This document shows, in pieces, positions 48,521-56,075 of a DNA stretch of 64,000 nucleotides (position 1 is the first letter of the stretch; each line of letters opens with the position of its first letter). The translations under genes and the position numbers were made by a program. The notes beneath the pieces were generated by a model. That model made no database searches. It was not told the DNA's origin and saw only the letters and a program-made list of their open reading frames with translations. Source of the DNA: an uncultured Candidatus Saccharibacteria bacterium (GTDB lineage: Bacteria > Patescibacteriota > Minisyncoccia > Minisyncoccales > Staskawiczbacteraceae); NCBI GenBank assembly GCA_964427585.1, contig CAYRVC010000002.1, forward strand, positions 41,513 through 105,512, in the 5' to 3' direction.

Positions 48521-48790
48521 TTAATTACCTTCCATTCTCTGTTTGATTTCTTCTTCTATTTTTTTAACCTCTGTTTTGAATAAATCATCAAAATTTTTTA
48601 CCTGCGGTTTTAAAAAATTTTCTATTTCTTCAATGTTGCCTGAAGACATAATATCTTCCATCTTTTTTTTCTCTATTTCGCCTAATTCCAGGTAAACGTT
48701 TTTTAAAATCCTGAACAATGCCAAGTCCAAAACTCTTGCGGCAAGGGCTTTTTGCTCTTCCGACAGGTTGTTTAAAATATCGTTTTCCAT
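48521..48790 (-). CDS. Hypothetical protein
   Basis: 89 aa acidic helical ORF. Confidence 0.3.
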   Translation of the reverse strand: MENDILNNLSEEQKALAARVLDLALFRILKNVYLELGEIEKKKMEDIMSSGNIEEIENFLKPQVKNFDDLFKTEVKKIEEEIKQRMEGN

Positions 48791-48796
48791 AATTAT

Positions 48797-49108
48797 TTAT
48801 TCCTTTTTAAACATATCTTTTAAAAACTTGGGCATTTCTTTTTTCGGAATTCTCAAAAGCTTTTCCATGGCGGTAATATAAGCATAACCTGCCCCCAATA
48901 CTGCGCCAGCTGACAAAACAAACATACCCAAGGCGCTAGTGCCCAAAAATTTGCCGCTGCCCCGGGCCAATTTGCCGGATCCGGTTTTCAACCAGGCATA
49001 ACCTGCCTCATCCCTTGCTTCCATCGCATCCAAAATTCCCCCGACCGCTTCCTCGGGAGAGGCTTCTGCTTCTATCGGATTTTCTTCATAACTTGGCCTT
49101 TCCGCCAT
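48797..49108 (-). CDS. Hypothetical small membrane protein
   Basis: 103 aa; one glycine/alanine-rich TM segment. Confidence 0.35.
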   Translation of the reverse strand: MAERPSYEENPIEAEASPEEAVGGILDAMEARDEAGYAWLKTGSGKLARGSGKFLGTSALGMFVLSAGAVLGAGYAYITAMEKLLRIPKKEMPKFLKDMFKKE

Positions 49109-49124
49109 AAAAATATTGAAAATA

Positions 49125-51260
49125 TTACTTTATATCGCTTCTTATTTTTTTAATTGATTTTTCAACTGAAAAATCTTCTCCCAATATTTCTTTCGCTTTT
49201 TCTTTTTTAAAAAGTTCTTTTATTTTGTTTTCTTCAAGTGTCCTTTGGGCTCTTGTCTCCCATTTTTTCTGGAATTCCCCTTCTAATAGGCTTTCGATTA
49301 ATGAGTTCAATTCGCCTTTTTTTGATTCCAAATCTTTTTTAGAGAAATATTTTCCGCCTATTTTTATTTTATCTGAGAAAAACGCTGGCTTCGCCTCCAT
49401 AATATCTTTTGCCTCACAGCCTGAAGAAACAAGAGCTATGACTTCTTCTTTATCAAGTATGACTTTTCCTATTTTTAATTCGCCCGTTTCATTAATTTGA
49501 CCGGCTATTTCCGGCGGGAACAAAGAATCAATCCTTGCTATGCTTCTGCTTTGTTTTTCTTTTTCAATATAATTTTTCAATTCATTTTTAAATTGTTCGG
49601 CTGTTTTCGGTTCGCTTAAAAATTCCGGCAAGTCGCGTTTTACTTCTTTCATAATATTTCTACCGCTTACGCAACCAGCTAATTCTCTTACGATTTCTGA
49701 ATTTTCTTCCCATTTTGTTTTTATCAGTGGGGGCCTGTCTCCTCTTAACCTGCCTGGTATTTCCTCTCTGGCTTCGCCTCTTTTTCTCCAAAAATAATTA
49801 AGGACTAAGTAGTTGGCTTCAGGCAAGGGCTCTTTTCGGCTTAAGCCGCTTTTTAACGCAACTATGTCGTCCAATTCTTTCTTTAATTGCGAGGCTTCAG
49901 GATTTTTTTCCCCGTCCACCTTAATTCTTTTTATAATGAACTCTGTTTTTTCTTCTTCTTTTATTTCGACAGGCTTGCCGTCTTTCTTCAATTTCCCCAT
50001 AATAAAATCGTCATAAAATTCTGCCGTCAGCCTGCTGATTTCCTCGTTTAATTTTTCCTGCATTAAATTTTTAACTTCTTCTGAGACCTCCGGCTTTTTT
50101 TCTGGTTCTTTCAGCTCCATTTCCTTTTCAGACATTAGAGGAACTTCCGGCCCTTCTTTTCTGCCTTCTATATTCCCTGTTTCCGCCACATTTTTTATCA
50201 TTTGAAGGCTAATGGCGCGGACAGCGTAATTGTCTGTTTCTTTTTTTGCTTCTTCTATAATATTATTTGAAAGACTCTCTATGGCGTATTGTTCCAGCTC
50301 GGCCTCGCTGGAAAACTGCCTTTCTTCCTCTCTCGGAAAAGGAATTTTTATTTTTCCCCAAACGGGCAATTTTATCGATTTTATTTCGTCTAAGGTCAAA
50401 CCGCTGGCCAAAAGACCGGCTGCTTCCGCCGGAGAATACATTCCCTGCCCAAGCTTATATTTCCCTTCTTCTTTATCATAGTATTCTTTTTTAAGATTTC
50501 TTTCTTCATTAAACAGAGGAAAAAGAAGCCCGTTAATTCTTTCTGTCTTGAAATCTTCGTTTTCCGCCTTTATTGCGGCCGCATTTTCGATTTTTCTTTT
50601 ATAATCTTCGTCGTTTTTGTCCTGTTCGTGCTTTTTTTTCGCCTCTTCTTCAATATTTACTCCAGCGATTTCGCCTCCCAGGTTTTTTGCATTATCAGCC
50701 AACTCCTTATATTCTTTTTTCAGTTTGTTTTCTTCCATGCCGGGAACATCCTCTTTTCTTTTTTTTCTGGCTTTTATATCAAGAATAACCTCCCTTAAAT
50801 TTTGTTCTTTTTCCAACAGCTGCCTTAAAGAATTCTGCTTTTGTAATTTTATCTTTTCTTCTATTTTCTGTTTTTCCGTTTCTCTTTCTTTTTCCAGGGA
50901 AATTTCCCTGGCCCTTAAAAGGGCGGCTTCTGACTTGGATGGCAGTTCTGTTTTAGCTTTTTCCCGTTCTTTTTTTATATCCGCCTCTTCTTTGTCCATT
51001 TCTTTTTTCTTTTCCATAGGTTTCCCTGCCTCCTCTCTTATCCTTTGTAGCTCATCCATTTCTTCAAGAGATCTATATCTGCCCGTCCTAGTAACTATTT
51101 TAATAAGGGGCTGGATCGTTGTGTCTGGCTTTGGCAGATTTAATTCTGTTTCAGACTTTAAAACCGGGTCTGTTTCAGCGGGCTTTGGTTCTTCTTCTAA
51201 GGGTATGGATTCTACCGGCCCATCGTCTTTTGATTGTTTTGATTTTTCCGGATTAGGCAT
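49125..51260 (-). CDS. Hypothetical large charged coiled-coil protein
   Basis: 711 aa; extremely K/E-rich with heptad-like repeats; no catalytic motif. Confidence 0.45.
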   Translation of the reverse strand: MPNPEKSKQSKDDGPVESIPLEEEPKPAETDPVLKSETELNLPKPDTTIQPLIKIVTRTGRYRSLEEMDELQRIREEAGKPMEKKKEMDKEEADIKKEREKAKTELPSKSEAALLRAREISLEKERETEKQKIEEKIKLQKQNSLRQLLEKEQNLREVILDIKARKKRKEDVPGMEENKLKKEYKELADNAKNLGGEIAGVNIEEEAKKKHEQDKNDEDYKRKIENAAAIKAENEDFKTERINGLLFPLFNEERNLKKEYYDKEEGKYKLGQGMYSPAEAAGLLASGLTLDEIKSIKLPVWGKIKIPFPREEERQFSSEAELEQYAIESLSNNIIEEAKKETDNYAVRAISLQMIKNVAETGNIEGRKEGPEVPLMSEKEMELKEPEKKPEVSEEVKNLMQEKLNEEISRLTAEFYDDFIMGKLKKDGKPVEIKEEEKTEFIIKRIKVDGEKNPEASQLKKELDDIVALKSGLSRKEPLPEANYLVLNYFWRKRGEAREEIPGRLRGDRPPLIKTKWEENSEIVRELAGCVSGRNIMKEVKRDLPEFLSEPKTAEQFKNELKNYIEKEKQSRSIARIDSLFPPEIAGQINETGELKIGKVILDKEEVIALVSSGCEAKDIMEAKPAFFSDKIKIGGKYFSKKDLESKKGELNSLIESLLEGEFQKKWETRAQRTLEENKIKELFKKEKAKEILGEDFSVEKSIKKIRSDIK

Positions 51261-51361
51261 TTTTTTAGAACTAAAATATTTATTAATTTATTTTATCACT
51301 TAAAGAATAAAACATCAATTTTTTGACAAAACTGAATATGTCTGATAAGATGTAAAATAAT

Positions 51362-51628
51362 ATGGCAATAACAAAATCGGCTAAAAAAGCCTGGCGCCAA
51401 AATTTAAGGCGCAGGGCCAGGAACCTTGTTTACAAAACAAGAATAAAAAAAACTTTAAAAGAAGTGATTTCTTTGGTTGAAGAAAAAAAAATAGAGGAAG
51501 CAAAAAAGCTTCTGCCCCAGGTTTTTAAAATTTTAGACAAATCAGCCAAAGTTGGCATTATTAAAAAGAATACCGCTTCACGAAAAAAGTCCAGATTGTC
51601 AAAATTACTGGCTAAAATGTCAAAATAA
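51362..51628 (+). CDS. rpsT: 30S ribosomal protein S20
   Basis: 88 aa MAITKSAKKAWRQNLRRRARN.. matches bS20. Confidence 0.9.
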   Translation: MAITKSAKKAWRQNLRRRARNLVYKTRIKKTLKEVISLVEEKKIEEAKKLLPQVFKILDKSAKVGIIKKNTASRKKSRLSKLLAKMSK

Positions 51629-51646
51629 TATTTTACCGTTGCAGGG

Positions 51647-53692
51647 TTATATTTCAGAAACCAGCAATTCCAATGCTGCTTCCGGTTCCAGTCTTCCTGA
51701 TTTAATATCCAAATCTGCCTGAAATATTTTCTGGTAGATTTTTTTTAATTCAGAAAAAGAAAACCGGCTGCACAAATAATATGTTTTTTTAACGACAAAC
51801 GGGTGAAGCCCGCTTTTTTTTGCTATGGCAGGATAAGGATTTTTCTTTTCAGCCAGCTCCTTGATTATCAAAAGAGTCCTGAACTGGTAAGCAATCATCG
51901 AAAGCAGCCTTAAAACGTTTTCTCCGCTTTCCAGGTGTTTATGCAAAAGAGAGATTGCCTCTTTTTTGTTTTTTGAAGCCAAGGCATCTATGGTTTTGAA
52001 TATGTCGTTTTCTATTTTCGGCTTTAAAAATAAATCCACATCGTCTTTCGTTATTTTTTTTCCGTTTTTAAAACAGGCTAATTTTTTTATTTCGTTGCTG
52101 ACATGCCACAAGTCTGAGCTGACGCGGCAAAAAAATCTTTCCAGGGCGGATTCGTCTATTTCAGCTTTAAAAATTTCGAACTCTTTTTTCAGCCAGTTTT
52201 TAAGCAAAACCCCTTTTAACAAATTGAATTCTTGGCATTTGGCGTTCTTATTTAGAAACTTGAAAAGCGGGTCCTTTTTTTCTATTTTGGAAGGCTCGTA
52301 CAGCAAAATAATAACATCTTCAGATTCCGAAAAGTCCTTCGCTTCTTTTAAAAACTTATCTCTTAAAATGTCATCCGAGAAAATATTCAAAACCACCAGC
52401 AGTTTTTTTTCACCAGAAAACAGGGAAATCTGGCTGGCTTTGTTTTTAAAATCTAAAAAAACTTGCTCCGACCCTCTGCCATCGTCTAAAAAATTGAAAA
52501 GACCAAAAGACATCCCGCTTTTATGGATTTTTTTGTAATGGTCAATTATTTCATTTAATTTCTGCCTTGACCTATATGTGTCCTCCCCGTATAAAAATAT
52601 AATCATGCTCAAATATTTAAAAAAGTAATTTTTTCTGACCTTATAGCCGTTGCAATGTTTTAAAACTCCTAAATAAGATTGAATCGTTTGATTAAAATTT
52701 TCCTTTGTTATTTTTCCATCCTTCAATTCCACTTCCCTTATTTTTAAATTTTTGATTATTCTGTTTTTGGTTTTTATCCTTAAAATTCTATAATGAGGAA
52801 ATACGACATATCCTAAAAAATCAATACCTTGATGATATTTCCTTATTATTATCTTATCTTTATGCAAAGATAATTTCAAATTATTTTTCAGAAAATTGCT
52901 TATATCTCTAATTGTCTGTCTGTAGTTTCTGCTCAAAATAGTGAAGTCGTCGCAGTAACGAATATAGTATTTTTCTTTTAGTTCATGCTTAATAAATTTA
53001 TCCAATTCGCCAAGATAAATATTTGCGAATAATTGACTTGTTATGTTTCCCAAGGGCAACCCTTTTGGAAAACTCTTTATAATCCTGATTATCAACCAAA
53101 TTACATCATCGTATTTTATTTTATTTTTGATTAAACTAATCAAAGTATCCTGGTCAATTGAATCAAAATATTTTCTAATATCGCATTTTAAAATATAACA
53201 GGTTTTTGTGTTATTTTTACTGATCTTTCCAGCAAAACAATTTAATCTGTTCACTGCCCTGTGCGTTCCTTTATCGATCCTGCAGGAATAAGAATCAAAA
53301 ATAAATGATTTATCAAAAATAGGATATAAAATTCTAAATATGGCATGATGCAAAACTCTGTCTTTCACCGTTGCCTTATGAATTTTTCTCAATTTTGGGT
53401 CTTTAATGAAAAAAGAGGTATAATTTGAATGTCGGTAGGTTTTATTTTTTAATTCGTTATAAAGAAGAAAAATATTGTCTTCTAAATTATATTCAAATTC
53501 CTGGACATCTGGCTTTTTCCTTTTTCCCTTTTTAAATTCGTTCCAGGCAAAGAATAAATTTTCAAGGGATATTATTCTTTCAAAAATATCATGGCTTTTA
53601 ATACCCCCCCCCCCAGACCTTTGGCAATTTTGATGTTCCTGTTTTGCATAAGATTTGCGAATTCTATAAAAAAATTTATCTGTTGTTGCCAA
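51647..53692 (-). CDS. DGR-type reverse transcriptase fused in-frame to DNA polymerase III delta subunit (HolA)
   Basis: aa ~35-360: RT motifs incl. SYSCRIDKGTHRAV, YILKCDIRKYFDSI, DGR-hallmark PLGNITSQLFANIYL (SQ instead of SP), YCDD, GIDFLGY, SYLGVLKHCNGY; aa 363-681: MIIFLYGEDTY..GEKKLLVVLN..GENVLRLLSMIAYQFR..LDIKSGRLEPEAALELLV matches HolA end-to-end; no stop codon between (verified on nucleotides 52600-52660). Confidence 0.8.
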   Translation of the reverse strand: MATTDKFFYRIRKSYAKQEHQNCQRSGGGGIKSHDIFERIISLENLFFAWNEFKKGKRKKPDVQEFEYNLEDNIFLLYNELKNKTYRHSNYTSFFIKDPKLRKIHKATVKDRVLHHAIFRILYPIFDKSFIFDSYSCRIDKGTHRAVNRLNCFAGKISKNNTKTCYILKCDIRKYFDSIDQDTLISLIKNKIKYDDVIWLIIRIIKSFPKGLPLGNITSQLFANIYLGELDKFIKHELKEKYYIRYCDDFTILSRNYRQTIRDISNFLKNNLKLSLHKDKIIIRKYHQGIDFLGYVVFPHYRILRIKTKNRIIKNLKIREVELKDGKITKENFNQTIQSYLGVLKHCNGYKVRKNYFFKYLSMIIFLYGEDTYRSRQKLNEIIDHYKKIHKSGMSFGLFNFLDDGRGSEQVFLDFKNKASQISLFSGEKKLLVVLNIFSDDILRDKFLKEAKDFSESEDVIILLYEPSKIEKKDPLFKFLNKNAKCQEFNLLKGVLLKNWLKKEFEIFKAEIDESALERFFCRVSSDLWHVSNEIKKLACFKNGKKITKDDVDLFLKPKIENDIFKTIDALASKNKKEAISLLHKHLESGENVLRLLSMIAYQFRTLLIIKELAEKKNPYPAIAKKSGLHPFVVKKTYYLCSRFSFSELKKIYQKIFQADLDIKSGRLEPEAALELLVSEI

Positions 53693-53964
53693 AAATTCCT
53701 AAGAAAGACAGGTTTGGAATTTTTGCGAGGATAGAAACTTTTTGTTTAGATATATTAATTTTGACAATTGAATCTGCTCTGCAAACAAAAAATAACAAAC
53801 TTCAACTATTAAATTTAACAAGAATAAAAATTGAGACCTTGAAAAAATTGATAAGAATCGCTAACGAATTAAAAATTATTGAGGATAAAAAATACATAGA
53901 GTTGGAATTTGATTTGCAGGAAATATCTAAAATGATTAATGGCTGGATAAAATACTTAATATAA
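53644..53964 (+). CDS. avd: Avd-like accessory variability determinant (four-helix-bundle / 23S rRNA-IVS protein family)
   Basis: 106 aa; LPKIPKKDRFGIFARIE..ILTIESA and ..ISKMINGWIKYL match IVS41/Avd pattern (FPK.EKyGL.sQl.R...Si..NIAEG ... GWIk); divergent from and overlapping RT 5' end by 49 nt. Confidence 0.65.
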   Translation: MHKICEFYKKIYLLLPKIPKKDRFGIFARIETFCLDILILTIESALQTKNNKLQLLNLTRIKIETLKKLIRIANELKIIEDKKYIELEFDLQEISKMINGWIKYLI

Positions 53965-53994
53965 AAGGAGCTTTTAAAAAGCTCCTTTTATTGC

Positions 53995-54115
53995 GGAAAC
54001 TTCGGAGCGGGACCGCAAATAGTCGTTGTGATTGTTGGCGTAGTTCCAATTCACCTTGAACTTGCCGTCATTCCAGTTCGCGTTCGGCACGTAGCCATCG
54101 GAATTGCGGGAACCG
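53995..54115 (-). repeat. DGR template repeat (TR), sense on minus strand, AAC-rich
   Basis: 121-nt repeat 88% identical to VR; minus-strand reading GSRNSDGYVPNANWNDGKFKVNWNYANNHNDYLRSRSEVS with 8 AAC/AAT Asn codons. Confidence 0.7.
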
Positions 54116-54298
54116 TTATTTATTTAATTCCATCTATTTCACCGAAAGTTTTTTTTAAAAAACAATCTGTGTTATCTGGCGGTCGCCAGCAGTACTTCGA
54201 ACCAAATGTTCGTTAGAATTAAACAAGCAGTTTCCTAAAAAAGGCAAACCGACATCGAATTAAAAATTCGACCGGCTGTATTAGCCAAAGTTATTATA

Positions 54299-54344
54299 CA
54301 TAAAAAAAGAGCTCTTTTGCAACATCTTGTCGCAAAAGAGCTTT
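54299..54344 (-). terminator. Rho-independent terminator of DGR target gene
   Basis: Minus-strand hairpin AAGCTCTTTTGC-loop-GCAAAAGAGCTC followed by TTTTTTT. Confidence 0.6.
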
Positions 54345-54352
54345 ACTGACGA

Positions 54353-54371
54353 GTCCCGCCGCGGGCGGGAC
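54353..54371 (-). promoter_or_regulatory. GC-rich hairpin 34 nt downstream of VR (GTCCCGCC-GCG-GGCGGGAC)
   Basis: 8-bp all-GC stem in AT-rich context; position equivalent to the hairpin/cruciform described downstream of VR in characterised DGRs. Confidence 0.45.
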
Positions 54372-54401
54372 AGGAAAAAAGGAAAAAGGTACAAGGTTAA
54401 G

Positions 54402-55100
54402 TTAGGAAACTACGGAGCGGGACCGCAAATCGTCGTAGTGATTGCTGGCGTAGTTCCAAGAAACCCTGAACCTGCCGTCATCCCAGAACGCGCTCGGCAC
54501 GTCGCCATCGGAATTGCGGGAACCGGCGCAAAGCGTCCAATTTTTCATATCAAGATGTTCACCTGTTTCCTTGAAAAACTTGAGCTCGTAAAGCTCGCGC
54601 TCTTCAAGGGTAATTTCTGGTGTTTCTCTCTGCCTTAGAAAATCAGCAGAACGATTTTTGTTTTCCTCATCTGCCTCCACGCGGTCTCGCGCCCAAATGG
54701 CATAGTGGCCGTTTTCGCCAGTGCGGTCGGATTTAATAACTTCGTCCAAGCTCTTATCCGTATATTTCCAAGACGGAAAGAGCTCTTTGCACTTGTCAAA
54801 CAAACGCTGGGGAGTCATCCCCTGGGCAACCACCAGTAGGCGGTCAAAGCCGGGTTTGCTGTCGGGAATTTTAATTCCCGAAAAATCCAATTCAAGACCA
54901 AAGACCTCCTTGTAGAATTTGATCCAGTCAGCCAGTAATTTCTTACTGCTGGTCGGCTTTGCTTCGACTAGCTTCTTGCCATCGATAATCGCCTGCAAAA
55001 CATCGCTTACTTCTTTAGGGTCGCGTTTTCCATCAACTAAAAACTTGCCAACGCTCGCCCACTGTTTAAACAATGTTTCATACACATTTCCACTACTCAT
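54402..55100 (-). CDS. DGR variable (target) protein with C-terminal VR
   Basis: 232 aa; last 40 aa encoded by VR (..GSRNSDGDVPSAFWDDGRFRVSWNYASNHYDDLRSRSVVS); C-terminal W/R/S-rich signature reminiscent of CLec/FGE-type DGR targets. Confidence 0.65.
   Translation of the reverse strand: MSSGNVYETLFKQWASVGKFLVDGKRDPKEVSDVLQAIIDGKKLVEAKPTSSKKLLADWIKFYKEVFGLELDFSGIKIPDSKPGFDRLLVVAQGMTPQRLFDKCKELFPSWKYTDKSLDEVIKSDRTGENGHYAIWARDRVEADEENKNRSADFLRQRETPEITLEERELYELKFFKETGEHLDMKNWTLCAGSRNSDGDVPSAFWDDGRFRVSWNYASNHYDDLRSRSVVS
54405..54525 (-). repeat. DGR variable repeat (VR) at 3' end of target gene
   Basis: 14 mismatches to TR; 11 at positions where TR sense strand has A. Confidence 0.7.
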
Positions 55101-55256
55101 GGCGTTTCTCCTAAAAAGAACTGTTCTGCCTGCTTCTAACAGGCGGTTTTAGAAAGGAACCGCTCCTTTCTTTTACTTTTTATATTAACAAATAAAAGTC
55201 ATTTTGTCAAATTTATTTGTACATTTATTAACATTTTCTAAACTTTGTTCAAATTC

Positions 55257-55279
55257 TGTTCGAGCCCCGAGCTCGAACA
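55257..55279. repeat. REP-like hairpin copy (TGTTCGAGC-CCCGA-GCTCGAACA) downstream of transposase
   Basis: 9-bp stem, same GAGCCCCGAGCTC core. Confidence 0.55.
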
Positions 55280-55294
55280 ATTTTACAACTTTAC

Positions 55295-56029
55295 CTACTC
55301 CAAAAATAATTCTGAATATTTTGCAACATCTTTTTTGTGTTCTACCCAATCTTTTATAATTTTTTTTAACCCCTCAACTTCACCTGTCATCTCTAAAAGA
55401 AATTCTCTTTCGGTTACTGACGGAAAGTTTTCAATGCCAATGCAGTCTTGATAGCTAGACCATTTATAATTTTCTAAAAATTCAACTGTTTCGTCAACTG
55501 AATGGTTCCTTATTCCCAACTCTTTCCAACCCGGTTCAATAAGAGCAATAGGGTTTGTGAAAATATAAGATGCGGTCGCCATAAATTGATTATCGTTTTC
55601 TATTTGAATCGACCTAAATGCATCCTGAAAAACATGCCCTTTTCGCTGATATTTATCATTAAAATATCTGCCATAACCTCCTCCGACTTTTTGCATAAAT
55701 TTAGAAATACCACCATCCTTAATTTGTTTTAATAAAAGATGCAAGTGATTGGGCATAAAACAAAAAGCCAAAACTCCAACAATTTTTTCTCTTTTGTCAA
55801 TTAAAACCGACCGAGCCCCGAGGTCGATCATTTTCTCTTTTTTCTTTTCGGTTTTACGATTTCGTCTTCTGACAGATATATTTACTGGCTTTAAATTATT
55901 AAATTCATATATTGAAAAAACTCCTCGGAAATAGTCATCTATGTTCTTAAAGATTAAATTCTCATCAAGCGCTCTTATTATTATATGATAAATTCCGCCT
56001 GTATCAAATTGTTCTTTTCTGCGAGGCAT
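55295..56029 (-). mobile_element. IS200/RAYT-like HUH tyrosine transposase (Y1_Tnp family)
   Basis: Start at internal MPRRKEQFDTGGIYHIIIRALDENLIF; HUH motif FMPNHLHLLL; catalytic-Tyr region ASYIFTNP; flanked by GC-rich hairpins at 56053-56075 and 55257-55279. Confidence 0.65.
55808..55828. repeat. Degenerate REP-like hairpin copy inside transposase ORF (CGACCGAGCCCCGAGGTCG)
   Basis: Core GAGCCCCGAGGTC with one substitution; encodes IDLGARS within an apparent ~40-aa insertion. Confidence 0.4.
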
Positions 56030-56052
56030 AATAATTGTTCGAGCCCCGAGCT

Positions 56053-56075
56053 CGATCGGTTTTAATATTATAATT
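56053..56075. repeat. REP-like hairpin copy (TTGTTCGAGC-CCCGA-GCTCGATC) between mutM stop and transposase start
   Basis: Same core; imperfect outer stem. Confidence 0.5.

Noticed and set aside
51647-53692. Possibility that RT and HolA are separate adjacent genes
   Set aside because: I checked the junction codons directly and there is no stop in frame. They are fused as assembled. The alternative of an assembly error is kept as a caveat in the finding.
53995-54525. Alternative assignment with the 54405-54525 copy as TR and the 53995-54115 copy as VR
   Set aside because: Under that assignment only 5 of 14 mismatches would fall on template adenines on the plus strand, and none on the minus strand. 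The chosen assignment gives 11 of 14.
54028-54638. Plus-strand ORFs 54028..54216 and 54327..54638 with similar peptides
   Set aside because: They are wrong-strand translations of the DGR TR and VR repeats. Their similarity reflects the repeat pair, not paralogous genes.
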